From the NCBI RefSeq assembly GCF_018350175.1, contig NC_058368.1, positions 28,026,001 to 28,090,000 of the forward strand: DNA of 64,000 nt, written 5' to 3'. The notes beneath the pieces are model-generated. The model saw only the letters and a program-made list of their open reading frames with translations. It was not told the DNA's origin and searched no databases. Shown piece by piece: positions 49,161 through 60,960 of the stretch (within the stretch, counting starts at the first letter, position 1; the number at the start of each line of letters is the position of its first letter). The position numbers and the translations under genes were made by a program. This stretch comes from Felis catus (Eukaryota).

Positions 49161-49478
49161 AGGTTTGGTCAATGTGACTTCCTTTAGCCAAAAGAATAAC
49201 AATGCAACCTCGCCTTACGAGTTTTCACGTTTCCCTCTTGGGCCTTTTCTATCACCATGTGAAGCACATGCATGTCTATGCCAGTAGGATAAGCACGAAG
49301 GGTGAGTGACCAGAGGACCAGGGCCAGATGCAGGGAGGTGTAGAGGAATCCAGGCCAGCCCTGCCTCTGTGGGGCCAACGCCAGCCAACACACATGGGAG
49401 CTATGAAAATTAATGAGTGATGGTTGAAGCCACTGAGTTTGGGGGCAGTTTTTTATGTAGCAATAGTTAAATAATACA
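49161..49478 (+). mobile_element. MLT1H/I-like LTR fragment
   Basis: atgtgacttcctttagccaa...gaagccactgagtttggggg...tatgtagcaatagttaaataataca. Confidence 0.65.
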
Positions 49479-49609
49479 TTAGATGCAAAACCTAATTGCC
49501 CCAGGTCACAGAATTAGCAAGCAAAGAGCTACATTTCAGATCTAGTTGACTGTTAAAGCCTATACCTCACTTGACGCTATATTGTTTTTCTAATACAGTC
49601 ATTTATGTA

Positions 49610-49835
49610 GGGGCGCCTGGGTGGCTTAGCCAGTTAAGCGTCCGACTTCAGCTCAGGTCATGATCTCGTGGTCTGTGAGTTCGAGCCCCGTGTCGGGCTG
49701 TGTGCTGACAGCTCAGAGCCTGGACCCTTTTTTTGATTCTGTATCTCCCACTCTCTCTGCCCTTCCCCCACTCATGCCCTGTCTCTCTCACTCTCAAAAG
49801 TGAATAAATGTTAAAAAAAAATTTTAAATAAAAAA
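49610..49835 (+). mobile_element. CAN-SINE
   Basis: TSD aatacagtcatttatgta / aataccatcatttatgta. Confidence 0.96.
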
Positions 49836-49991
49836 AATACCATCATTTATGTAATCATTCTTCTGTTGGATAACTAAGTTACTTTCTGTGTTTTGTGACT
49901 GTAAATAACAACTTTTTGGTGACCATATTTTTTACCTTCCATTGTGATTTCTCTGGGATACAATTTATCTGTCAAAGGATATGGATTTTTT

Positions 49992-50225
49992 TTAGCAACT
50001 TTTTCTTAATGTTTATTTATTTATTTATTGTGAGAGAGAGCTTATGTGCGTGCACACACACACGCGTGAGCAGGGGAGGGGCAGAGAGAGAGAGAAAATC
50101 CCAAGCAGGCTCCACTCTGTCAGCACAGAGCCCGATATGGGGCTCGATCCCACAAACTGCAAGATCATGACCTAAGCAGCAATCAAGAGCTGGATGCTCA
50201 ACCGACTGAGCCACCCAGGTGCCCC
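49992..50225 (-). mobile_element. CAN-SINE
   Basis: TSD aggatatggattttt / aggatatggactttt. Confidence 0.96.
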
Positions 50226-50334
50226 AGGATATGGACTTTTTAAGGAACTTGATGCGTTTTGACTGTGTAATTTTTAAAACATATTTGAATCATCCAAGTA
50301 ACTCTATTAATTTTAAAAGATCTTAGTAATCAAA

Positions 50335-50427
50335 TCAATATACACATGTATGAAATCATCACATTTGTATGCCTTAAGCTTACATATGTCCTATGTCAAT
50401 AATATCTCAATAAAGCTGGAAAAAAAG
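50335..50427 (+). mobile_element. Short L1 3'-terminal fragment
   Basis: aaatcatcacatttgtatgccttaagcttaca...tatgtcaataatatctcaataaagctggaaaaaaa. Confidence 0.75.
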
Positions 50428-50794
50428 TAAAATGAACCGCCCCAATTCTATTAAGAATTTAAATAATACCTCATAGCTAATATTGTAATTTTAGACAAAA
50501 TATACAATCATAAGAAATTACTTAGACAATATTTATAAAATTTAAAAGTTTACAGTTCTATTAAAGGTAACCATGCAATTTCATGCAAAATGCAATATAT
50601 CTGTGAATCTAAATTATATTATGTATCACTTGTTGCACCTTTGAAGTCAGATATAAGTTTCTTCTTATAACTGGAAAAATGCAACCCTCTTCTATGGGAA
50701 TTTATTTTAAGGAGCCATTTTTAACAGTGAATCAGAACTAAAATTAAAAAACAAAAAAACAGTCTAAACGAGGCACTCCCTGAAGTTGAAGTTA

Positions 50795-51227
50795 GCACCA
50801 GCTGGATGGCAACAGAGGGGTTAAAGCGGACTAGAGGCTAATGCTTTTCAGTGATCCTGTGTCTAATAAAATGTGTGTCAAACAAAGGCATGTGAATAAT
50901 GCTCCTCTGCCACTGTAACTCTCGGTAAAAAAATATAGATAGATGTAAATGGCTCCCTAATGCCAGCATGTGACCCCAGCGCCTGAGGCAGGATTTATTA
51001 CTGTTTATTTTCACTTAGCCTAATGACTTTAGCCCTAGAACATCAGTGGCAAACCCTTCCTCCCAACAGGGGGTGGTCAGCTAAAAAGCAAGGCAAAGAT
51101 AGACTGGCCAGGTCTCCCTACAAAGGGAGGGTGGAGGAGGTTGAACCAGATGATCAGAGGCAGGGAACCTAATGGACGTTCTTTGACACTGGGACTAGAA
51201 ACTCCAGCTCCAGTGTCGCCTTTGGGG

Positions 51228-51272
<45 letters not shown>

Positions 51273-51480
51273 GGGGGGGGCCGGCTGAACCAAGCCCAGC
51301 CCATCCTCGCCTTGCTGCCTTGCCTGAGGCTCCGCCACTGCCCGGCGCGGGGCGCCAGAGAGCAGCGCGGTCTCGCCGGGCCCCTAATCACCAAACCGCC
51401 AGTGCTTGGGGATTAAGGCTTTGACCGTGCCGACTTGGAAGTAATTGTGTTTTAATTAATTTGTTTTACAGCTGAAGGCT
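50795..51480. promoter_or_regulatory. Putative developmental enhancer / orphan CpG-rich element
   Basis: Unique sequence with two GCCTGAGGC sites, CTAATAAAA, AACAAAG, CTAATCA, GGATTA, TAATTAATT, a CTCF-like site and retained CpGs. Confidence 0.5.
51224..51280 (+). repeat. Poly-G tract (G43, then a, then G8)
   Basis: G run 51229-51271. Confidence 0.95.
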
Positions 51481-51985
51481 GATGGGACCTTGGAGCACGC
51501 ACTGGGGGCTTGGAGTGTCAGCTTACCTAAGGTTCCATCTGCCACTGCCTCTCCTCTCCTCTCCGGTCCCTTCTTCCAGCCTCTTCTCCCTCTGCAGGGG
51601 TGACTGCTGCAGCCCCCACCCTGGTGACCAGGTCGTGGAGGGGGGTGGATTTGGAGGGAAGAGAAGCCCCCTTTTGACCCTTGGTCTCCACACGGAGCAA
51701 GCACAGGGAGGGGGAAGAGGAGGTTGACTTGCCCCATTGTCATTTTGTCTTTGGCCCCTGTGTGGGAGGTTCCCGGGCCTCAACCACCGTCTTCCTTACC
51801 ACGTTATTCCTAATGTAGTATCTTCAGTGGTCAGAGGGGTCTCGTCTGAATGCTGCCCTCTGACTGGTGGCTGCCACCTCTCCCTGTCTGTCCCAGCAGT
51901 GATGGGGCTGTCTGTTCACTCGTTCTCTATTCCTCCAACCCTACAGCCCTGCAGAGAAGTCATTCATTTCAAGTATTAGTATCTT

Positions 51986-52143
51986 GGAGTGGCTCACTCG
52001 GTTAAGGTTAAGAGTCAGACTCTTGATCTGGGCTCAGGTCTGGACTCTGACAGCACAGAGCCTGCTTGGGATCCTCTCTCTCTCCCTCTCTCTCTGCCCC
52101 TCCCCACCTCAAAATAAATAAATAGACATAATTTTAAAAAAAG
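51986..52143 (+). mobile_element. Internally deleted CAN-SINE
   Basis: gtggctcactcggttaag...gctcaggtc joined to tggactctgacagcacagagcctgcttggg, CT tract, A tail. Confidence 0.85.
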
Positions 52144-52659
52144 AAACAGATTTGGGGAGAAAAAAAACAAAGAACAATAATAAGGGACTGATCACCTGAC
52201 TTCCACATTCAGGTTCAGTGTGATGTGAAAACTGGGGCCTTCTCCAGACCTTGACATCCAGAGTTCGGAAACAACCAGACTAACGAAGAAGGGGAGTTTT
52301 TTGATATGAGAAGAGTATGGCCTCTGAGCTATCCGGAGAGCATTGGGATAACTAACGTGTAGACTACCAAGGACTGTGTCTAATTCATCTTTTTAAAAAT
52401 ACCAGGGTCATTTGGCACATATCTGGCACAGAAGAGATTCTCAGTAAAACATTTACTCTGTTCCACAGAGAAGAGAGGGCGGTTGCTTGTCTTTGGGCTG
52501 GCTATTGAAGCCTGGGACAGCTAGACACCCTCCAGAGGCTACCTTTCGGGTCCTCTCCTTACCTTTAGTCATCATTTTTACCCCTGGCCAGAGATAAGAC
52601 TTGAAAGGGAGATAAAGAGTCCCTAGGATCTAGGAGAATATGTTGACCAGATTCCTCCA

Positions 52660-52760
52660 TCCTCCCTCTTTCCCTCCCTCCCTCCCTCTCTTCTTCCCTT
52701 CCTCCTTTTCCTGCCTCCCCTCCTCCCTTTCCTTTTTTCTTTCCTTGTTTCCTTCCCCTG
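52660..52760 (+). repeat. Polypyrimidine (CCCT/CCTT) low-complexity tract
   Basis: Read directly; probably the tail of an L2 that continues to about 53420. Confidence 0.75.
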
Positions 52761-53014
52761 TTAAATGTTCTTCGGACAGCTCCTAGTTCCTGGTCACTGT
52801 GCTACCCATACCCACAAAAATGAAAAAGAGTCAGTCATTGTAGTAGTGGGGGGAACAAACAGGTACATAAATAACTACAATTCAACCGCTGAGCCCTGGA
52901 CCAAAGTGCCACAGGGGCCCAGAGAAGGGACTACCTGATTGACAGCCATGAGAATAAAGAAAGTCTCTGGTTAAGGGTGATGTTTGAGCTGTAACCTCAA
53001 GAATGAGGAGCAGA

Positions 53015-53232
53015 GGGGCGCCTGGGCGGCTCAGTTGGTTGAGCATCCAACTTCGGCTCAGGTCATGATCTCACGGTTCACGGGTTCAAGCCCGGCTTTG
53101 GGCTCTGGGCTGACAGCTCAGAGCCTGGAGCCTGCTTCCGATTCTGTGTCTCCCTCTCTCTCTGCCCCTCCGCCCCCCCCCCCCATGCTCTGTCTCTGTC
53201 TCTCAAAAATGAATAAACGTTTAAAAAAAAAA
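53015..53232 (+). mobile_element. CAN-SINE
   Basis: Degenerate TSD aagaatgaggagcaga / aggaatgagaagccga. Confidence 0.96.
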
Positions 53233-54189
53233 AGGAATGAGAAGCCGATATGAGACAGGGAAGGGGGTACGTCTGCCCAGAACCTCATACACACTCACAG
53301 AGGTGAGGAAGCACACGGGTGCTCAAAGAGGCAACAGCTGGTTCTTTGGGGTGACTGGGGCATCGTGTGGAGAGGCCACAGGTCATCGTGTAGAGATTTC
53401 AGGAGAAAAACTTGCAAAAAGAGGTTGATGCCAGCAGCTCTTTTGTACTTCATCTGTTCGTGCGGAGAAAGGATGTAAGGCTTGGGGACAAGCGAATGAC
53501 GGGACTGTAACTGTGTTTTACAAAATTGTCCTGCCCAGCGCCGAGGATGAGGATTAGAAGCAGCACAGCTGGGAATACATAGGAAGAGCGGACTAGGGCT
53601 TGGCCACATCAACTTGCTGCCCTGAAATTGACTGTTGCGCTGTTGAAACTTGTCTCTTAGCCATCTTGATGACCAATGTTTGCAGTCATTCGGGCCAGTC
53701 GTGCAGCTGATCCAAAGCAGCTGTTAAGTCATCTGGGAACGCAAAAGGACTACCGATCTCATGTTTTCAGTGGGCAAACAAGTTTGCAAGAACAAGCCCT
53801 GAGTAGAGCTGACGTTAAAGCAACAGAACGTTTCTCTAGTGGATCCTCGGTGTATTGACTAGAGCAGCAAATTTAAGGAGGATTTCAGATAACATGTGTG
53901 CAATGTTAGAAATCCAGCCCCAATGTGGTACTTGTAAGCCAAGTAAGCACAGTAGCAAAGGTTCAGGTGAAGGTCACACAGCTGTGAGCAGATAGTGCCC
54001 AGTGGAGTTTGCTGCAGAGAAATCTTCCGGTTTGAGTTCTGCACACAAAAGGGGCATAAAAATCCGTAACAATATGGTCTTCCATAAGCTAAACATACAG
54101 CTCCCTCTGCTCTCATCTGAATTCTGTCTAGAAGCCGGTTAGTGAGATTTGTCAAACTTACTCTGTGTGCCACGGGGAGCCCCTGCCCC

Positions 54190-54490
54190 ACCCCCCGCAA
54201 GGGCACTGGCCAAGCCTGGGCCAGTTATGCTTTTATTTCTTCCTCTGAACATTGTACTGGAATTTGATGCCTGGGACTGCTAACACCGAGAGGGTGAAGT
54301 CAACACACGATGGAGAGCCAATCAAAGAGAACAATAGAAGCAGATTTGGAGCTCTGATGTACTACACCTGTAGCCTGATTCACCACTGGATTTCTTGTTA
54401 TACAAGGAAACAGATTTCCTAACTTCCTGATTGTTCAAGCCACTTGAGTTTAGGTTGTCTGTTATTTACAGGTAAAACATGCAAAGTTAT
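54190..54490 (+). mobile_element. Old MLT1K/L-like LTR fragment
   Basis: tgatgcctgggactgc...ctggatttcttgttatacaagg...ttgttcaagccacttgagtttaggttgtctgttatttacag. Confidence 0.55.
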
Positions 54491-54625
54491 ACCTACCAAA
54501 TGCACATGGGCGCACACACACGAAATATCTCTTCTCTAACCAGTCCTTGCCATCTGAAATGTTTCTCCTTAGTGAACCATTCTTTTCACTGGGGAATTTT
54601 CTTTCTACTATAATACACGTATCTC

Positions 54626-54786
54626 AGGGTGTCCGGGTGGCTCAGTTGGTTAAGCAGCGGCCGGCTTCGGCTCAGGTGATGACCTCACAGTTTGCAAGTT
54701 CAAGCCACACATCAGGCTCTCTGCTGTCAGCATGGAGCCTGTTTCACATCTTCTGTCCCCCGTCTCTCTCTGCCCCTCCCCTGCTT

Positions 54787-54832
<46 letters not shown>

Positions 54833-54852
54833 ACTCTCTCAAAACTAAATGA
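54626..54852 (+). mobile_element. CAN-SINE
   Basis: gggtggctcagttggttaagc...(CT)n...aaaactaaatgaac. Confidence 0.93.
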
Positions 54853-55369
54853 ACAACACACATTCTCTGGAAGATCCTCTTTAAATCTTTTCATTTTTCT
54901 AAAAATTGTTTTAAGTGTTGTTTAATGTTTTATCGACTCCTTACCAAATGCTAGACCTTGGAGGCTGTGAGGATTTTCGGTTAAGGGATGGGAGTGGTCT
55001 TTAAAGAGTTGCTTACAAAAAATGAAGGAGAATGGTCTAAGCCACTATCTTCTTGGACTCCCTTCACTTTCAGCAGTAGGGCTCAGCGCAGGCTAATCAG
55101 CTCCACCAGGCAAAGGGAGTAAAGCCAGAAGTGCCCAGTGGAGAGGGAGAGCAAAGTGGGTTTGGCCCTGAGATTCTAATTCATTGCTACTTGCCTGCAA
55201 GAAAGAGAAAGTGATCCATTGCCACTGTGATTAAAGTGTACTTTTTTTGCCTTTCCCCTTTCTCTTCCACTTTAGTAAAAGGAAAGGTTGGAAGAGATAA
55301 ACTCAGTCTCTAGAATGTGAAACCCGAGTTCAACAGGAGAAAAAAAACCCTTCAAAATGTCAAATCCTA

Positions 55370-55589
55370 GGGGCGTCTGGGTGGTTCAGTCAGTTGAGGG
55401 TCCAACTGCGGCTCAGGTCATGATCTCCCAGTTCGTCAGTTTGAGCCCCGTGTCGGGCTCTGTGCTGACCGCTCAGAGCCTGGAGCCTGCTTCGGATTCT
55501 GTGTCTCCCTCTCTCTGCCCCTTCCCCACTCATGCTTTGTCTCTCTCTGCCTCTCAAAAATGAATAAGCGTTAAAATAAATAAATAAAT
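55370..55589 (+). mobile_element. CAN-SINE
   Basis: Perfect 16-bp TSD aaaatgtcaaatccta. Confidence 0.97.
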
Positions 55590-56293
55590 AAAATGTCAAA
55601 TCCTAGTAGAATTAATTTGAAGGCTTGCATCACCATTGAAAGCAGGACATGCATTGAGCTCATGGACCACTAAAATCTTTCCCATAAATGCTTGCTGGTT
55701 TGGGAGATGGCACCAGAGAGGGTGTGAACGAACTGGAGGAGGAAAGCAGCTTCAGGGAAGATACTAGATGCCCATCAGGTCAAACTGCAACTGCCGTGAG
55801 TGACTTCAAAAACACTGACCCTACCCGATCCATATTACACTTTATTCTTTCTTCCACGTTTGCACATTTCTTTTACTTGAGTTCTCAAGAGCGCCAAACA
55901 GGTGATGTCGCTGTGATCATCTTAATTTTGTGAATAAAGAAGTGGAGCGACAGGAAGGTTAAGATATGAAACAATTGTTGGAAAGGCACGCCTGGATCTC
56001 TATTCTCCCAACATCAAATTTGTTCATCTTTCCACTCTGTCATCCTTCCCTTCTTGGGATTCTATGTGAGAAGGCACCACACCTGAAAAAGCTCATGAGG
56101 CAGAAGTGGTTTCTTTAGCTCCATTCCCCTTCCATCCCACACCCAATTCTGGGTCGCCCTGGGAAGAAATGAGGGCAAAAATTCAAGGAGCAAAAAATTA
56201 AGAGCCACACAGCAAATAGTGGGCTATGGTCTGTCACATTGTCTGCAGCATCAGGAGGGCAGAAGAAATTCTAGTAGTCTTACATTCTAATCC

Positions 56294-56296
<3 letters not shown>

Positions 56297-56336
<40 letters not shown>
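56297..56336. repeat. (AC)20 microsatellite
   Basis: Read directly from the sequence. Confidence 0.97.
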
Positions 56337-56339
<3 letters not shown>

Positions 56340-57176
56340 CCAGATGTCACTTACTATTTATGAATCTATAAAATGGGATAATAACAGTCACTACCTAGAA
56401 TTGTAATGAGGGTTAAAGAGATTATGTGTGAGAACAGCCCTACAGAGATTTCCTAAAAGAGAAGAAACAAATCTGGGTATTTCTTAATCGTTGCTTGAGG
56501 CAAAGAAAAATGCATGAAAACGCATTAACAGACTATTGATAATCTTTGACAATTTGATGATGTGATACAGTCCATCATTATTTTTCATGGAAAGACTAAA
56601 GACTACATACATTGCTGTGTTTTGCAGAGCCAAACTGGTTGGGCTGGAGGAGCAGGTGCCTGGGACAGTTGAAATATAAGAAAACAGAGATGGAGGTAAT
56701 ATATTTACTTTTCTATATGCCAGGAAGGAACTCATTTTGGCCCCTGGGGCCGTCCATAGGGGTCAGGCTCCCAAGGAGCATGTTCTTCCCAAAAAAGGGA
56801 GGTGATCAACTATTTGGGGGTGGGGGGGGGTTCTGATGAACTTGAAGAATCATTTTACTGAGTGTGATATGCAAGTTTGGACCAGATCATTACTGTTCAG
56901 GGCAGTCCAAAGGAGGCTTAATGCTGCCACAAGCAGTCTCCTCTGCCCATTCACATACATCAATCTCCTCTCCTAAACAAATTGTGAACACATAGTTTTA
57001 AATAGTCATTTAAAGTGGGGTAAATTGGCCTATGCCTTGTGGTTTGGGGCCTACGTTCTAGACCCAGAGTATTCAATGACTCATTCCTTCCAGGCACATC
57101 AGTGACGCCACAGATCTCTGTAGGTTCCCTATAAAAACAAGATTATGTCATATATGGCTTTAAAAAAAGGTTTGTG

Positions 57177-57398
57177 GGGGCACCTGGGTGGTGCAGTCGG
57201 TTAAGCGTCTGACTTCAGCCAGGTCACGATCTCGTGGTCCGTGAGTTCGAGCCCCGCGTCGGGCTCTGGGCTGATGGCTCAGAGCCTGGAGCCTGTTTCT
57301 GATTCTGTGTCTCCCTCTCTCTCTCTGCCCCTCCCCCGTTCATGCTCTGTCTCTCTCTGTCCCAAAAATAAATACACGTTGAAAAAAAAAATTAAAAA
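57177..57398 (+). mobile_element. Young felid SINEC
   Basis: TSD aaaaaaaggtttgtg on both sides. Confidence 0.97.
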
Positions 57399-57536
57399 AA
57401 AAAAAGGTTTGTGTTCCTCCCTTTAGCCAGAAGCCTACCCCACTTTTTAGTCGAGGAGATGCTTTTGACATTGTAACCTGCATAGTTGAACTTCTGTGGG
57501 CCAATATCTGAGGATTAAATAGGAATTCCTAGCTTT

Positions 57537-57717
57537 GGGGGCACCTGGATGGCTCGATCTGACTCTGGATTTCTGCTCAGGTCATGACCTCATAATTCAT
57601 GAGTTCAAGCCCTGCATCATCCGCGTGGAGCCCACTGGGGATTCTCTGTCACCCTCTCTCTGTCCATCCCTCTCTCTCTCAAAAATAAATAAATAAGCAT
57701 TAACAACAACGACAAAA
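57537..57717 (+). mobile_element. Older, internally deleted CAN-SINE
   Basis: gggggcacctggatggctc...gctcaggtcatgacc...ggattctctg. Degenerate TSD aggaattcctagcttt / aggaatttactaggtttt. Confidence 0.88.
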
Positions 57718-58734
57718 AGGAATTTACTAGGTTTTGAAACAATAAAGTTTCTATTCTAAAGGAAAAGCTTTATCACCAGCCCTTATATCAGAAACAAAAA
57801 TGTTCAGCTTTGAGTTCCTTTTGACAATTCAGATGAAAAACAAAAAACAAACAAAAACCTTATTAAACAGCCATGCCATAAAGGATACCATCTTTACCCA
57901 AGCAGTTTGCACGCCAAGGGAACATTTCAATTAACTTGTCTCTGTCTGTCAAGTTTACTCCCCCGTTGAGGGCAGAAAACAAAGTGAACAAGTTGTCAAG
58001 TTATCTTTAAAAAATTAACTTGGAACCTCTTGGGTTTAAGGCGTTCAGGAAAACATGCTCCTTTGAAACTGTCCTGCTTCCTCACCTTGTCCTTCTAGCA
58101 TCAGGGAGAGTGGTGAAGAAGCCAAGTATTAGGAGGGAAGGAGGGAGTGTTGGATGTGAAATCTGCTTTCTGCAAGGTTGTAGCCCCTAATTCTGACTGT
58201 CTAAGTTCAAGGCTGGGAAGGGTTAAAGGCAACACCCGGGGGGAGAAGTCACTTTTTCCTGTTCTAAATCGCCAGCCTTTCCAGCTGATGCAGTCTCCCC
58301 AGGCCTCCAGGCCATCCTATTTAAAAAACAAGCAGGCCTCACATTGTGGGGCCCTAGATTGATTTAGCACCAAAAGCTGCCATATCGTTTCTTTGCTGAA
58401 AACATTAGTTTTAATGCTCTTTATTATTGAATTCAATGGCAGCGTAACAATAGTCAGGGAGATTTTCGAAAGAAGAAAACATCTATAATCCCATTTCCCT
58501 AACACAATAACATTCTCATACACGTCTATCCCCTCTGGGATCTGTCTCATGCATTCACATTTTCAGAATTTTGCAGATCTGGGGATTTTTGTATCATTCA
58601 GTATTTTACTTATGAGTTGTTTTCCCGACCCCGGCCTCTTCTGATGGTTTCCTTGTCCCTCCGTGAAAGCCATAGCCACAAGGAGAAGGATATCAGGGTG
58701 ACTGGCCCCATTAATAATTGTGATTTGGAAAGCA

Positions 58735-59142
58735 TAGTAGGTTGAATGGTGGCCTCAAAAAGATATGTCTACATTCTAAACCTAGTACCTGTGGATAATA
58801 CTTTATTTAGGAAATGGCTCATTGCAGGTATAATTAAGGATCTTGAGAGGAAATCTTCCTCTTTAAAAAAAAATTTTTTTAATGTTTATTCATTTTTGAG
58901 AGAGAGAGAAAGAGACAGAGTGTGAGCAGGGGAGGGGCAGAAAGAGAGGGAGACACAGAATCCGAAGCAGGATCCAGGCTCTGAGCTGTCAGGACAGAGC
59001 CAGAGGCGGGGCTGGAACCCATGAACCTCGAGATCATGACCTGAGCCAAAGTCAGATGCTCAACAAGCTGAGCCACCTAGGGACCCTGAGAGGAAATCTT
59101 TTTCTATTATCCAGGGGGGCCCTAAATCCAATGACAGATGTC
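58735..59142 (+). mobile_element. MLT1 LTR 5' fragment interrupted by a SINE
   Basis: taggttgaatggtggcctcaaaaagatatgtctacattcta...ctttatttaggaaatgg...taattaaggatcttgag...gggccctaaatccaatgacag. Confidence 0.8.
58860..59086 (-). mobile_element. CAN-SINE
   Basis: TSD tgagaggaaatctt (58844-58857 / 59087-59100). Confidence 0.96.
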
Positions 59143-59172
59143 CACAACTCCCACCAGAAATGCAATAAAAAC

Positions 59173-59298
59173 TTTAATTTTGTAGGCTCCACACTCACCA
59201 TGGAGCCCAACACAGGGCTTGAACTCAGAACCCTGACATCAAGACCTGAGCTGTGATCAAGAGTCAGATGATTAACCAACTGAACCACCCAGGCACCC
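59173..59298 (-). mobile_element. Short older carnivore SINE
   Basis: taggctccacactc...gggcttgaactcagaaccctgacatcaagacctgagctg...ccacccaggcaccc. Flanks caataaaaac on both sides. Confidence 0.88.
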
Positions 59299-59973
59299 TA
59301 CAATAAAAACAAACTTATGAAGATGCTGGTTACTTTACCCAAGATTTCAGCATCACAGGTATGGTACTGATCTCTCAACCCCTGCCCTTCCTGCCATCAC
59401 CCACCCCCTGGCATGCAGGCGGAGCTCTTGCTAAAAGCCAGCCTTGAACACCTCCACGGGCAAAGCTCCATCAAGCTTGGCTGCCTTCCTCTGAGCTCTG
59501 GAACTTTGGGTAAGTAACATTTTCTCCATCTGGTTCCCTGTCTATTACGGAGATGAATTCTTTCAAATTGGTTCCTTTTAAACTCCCCATCCTTGAGCAA
59601 AATCACATTTGCCGTTAGAAAGAAGAAGCAAATACAAATCCTGGTGGTGGCCATCAGCAGAGCCACAATGCTCTGGGGTGGGGTGGGGAGCAGAGAGGGA
59701 GAGACCTCACAAGGAGGGAAGGTATAAGAGGGCGCATAACAGCCTGTCCTAATCCCAGTATAGTCTCATGAAAATAAACAGCCAACACAAACACAGCATT
59801 CTTAATTGGATTCAATTATGATTTCATTCATATTTCAGTGAAACAAACCCTCACTGTGTTAGGTTTATTCAACAGCACCATTGCTCATGCTTCTATTGTG
59901 GCATTAATTAATTCTAGTTTAGTTATGGTTTGGTTTTTAGATGTTTATTTCCTTCCTGAACTCTGTGTATAGC

Positions 59974-60408
59974 TGTATTGGGTTGAATAGTTTTACCTAA
60001 AAATTCACATCCACCCAGAATCTGTGAATGTGACCTTATCTGGAAATACGGTATTTGCAAAGTAATCAAGGTGAGATGAGGTCATGCTGTGTTAGGGTAG
60101 GAACTAAATCCAATGACTGGTGTCCTAATGAAGAAACGATGGTTGTGAGATACACAAGAAGAAGATCCATGTGACAATAGAAGCAGAGATTGAAGCAATG
60201 CATCTACAAGTCAAGGAACGGGACTGCCGAACCCATCAGAATCCTAAGGAAGAATTCTTCCCTAAAACCTTCCGAGTGAGCATGGCCTTACCAACACCTT
60301 GATTGCAGATATCCAGCCTCCAGAACTGTGAGAGAACAAATTTCTGTTGTTTTAAGCCACTCGGGTTGTGTAGTTGTTACCTATTGCAGCCCTAGAAAAT
60401 TAATTTCA
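59974..60408 (+). mobile_element. MLT1B/C-like (MaLR) solo LTR, near complete
   Basis: tgtattgggttgaatag...gaatgtgaccttatctggaaata...taaatccaatgactggtgtcct...cagcctccagaactgtgagagaacaaatttctgttgttttaagcca...gcagccctagaaaattaat. Confidence 0.9.
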
Positions 60409-60502
60409 TATCTATCCTAGTGTCGCTTATAATGCATTGTGCAGGGCTTTGCTCCATGTGTCCATGCATGGCAGCTAGACAAAAAAGATAACATATGTGC
60501 TT

Positions 60503-60731
60503 GGGGGTGCCACGGTGGCTCAGTTGGTTAAGTGTCTGACTTCAACTAAGGTCATGATCTCCCGGTTTGTGGGTTCAGGCCCCACGTGGGGCTATGTGCT
60601 GACAGCTCAGAACCTGGAACTTGCTTCAGATTCTGTGTCTCCCTCTCTCTCTCTGCCCCTCCCCAACTCATGCTCTGTCTCTGTCTCTCTCTCTCTCTCA
60701 AAAATAAATTAACGTTAAAAGTTTTTTTTCA
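60503..60731 (+). mobile_element. CAN-SINE
   Basis: Flanked by atgtgcttg on both sides. Confidence 0.95.
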
Positions 60732-60789
60732 ATGTGCTTGACTCTGGGGACTAAGTGTGTAGCAAATGAGGTGGGAAGACAATACTGGT

Positions 60790-60960
60790 GGCCCCTATTT
60801 GTTGAGCCCCTCGCATGTGCCAATCCTCACAACTTGTCAACACAGGTAGGTTGACTCCTACTTCACAAGGTAAAAAACTGAAATCCAAATGGTGGCCACC
60901 TGCCCAAGCTTATCAGGCAGCAGAGGGTAGATTCCAATCCTGGGTCCGGCCGACACCCAA
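60790..60960 (-). mobile_element. MIR SINE, degraded
   Basis: tttgttgagcccc...atgtgccaatcctcacaac...aggtaggt...aaaactgaaatcca...cctgcccaag...ggtagattccaatcc. Confidence 0.6.

Noticed and set aside
51077..51416. Poly-Pro and poly-Gly ORFs
   Set aside because: Produced by the G homopolymer.
6550..59520. Scattered strong splice donors (e.g. near 6555, 25257, 28850, 42108, 59510)
   Set aside because: No convincing paired acceptors with open frames; lncRNA exons can be neither excluded nor supported.
1480..60712. Recurrent AQVMISQFVSSSPASGS-type ORFs as a peptide family
   Set aside because: All are translations of CAN-SINE copies.
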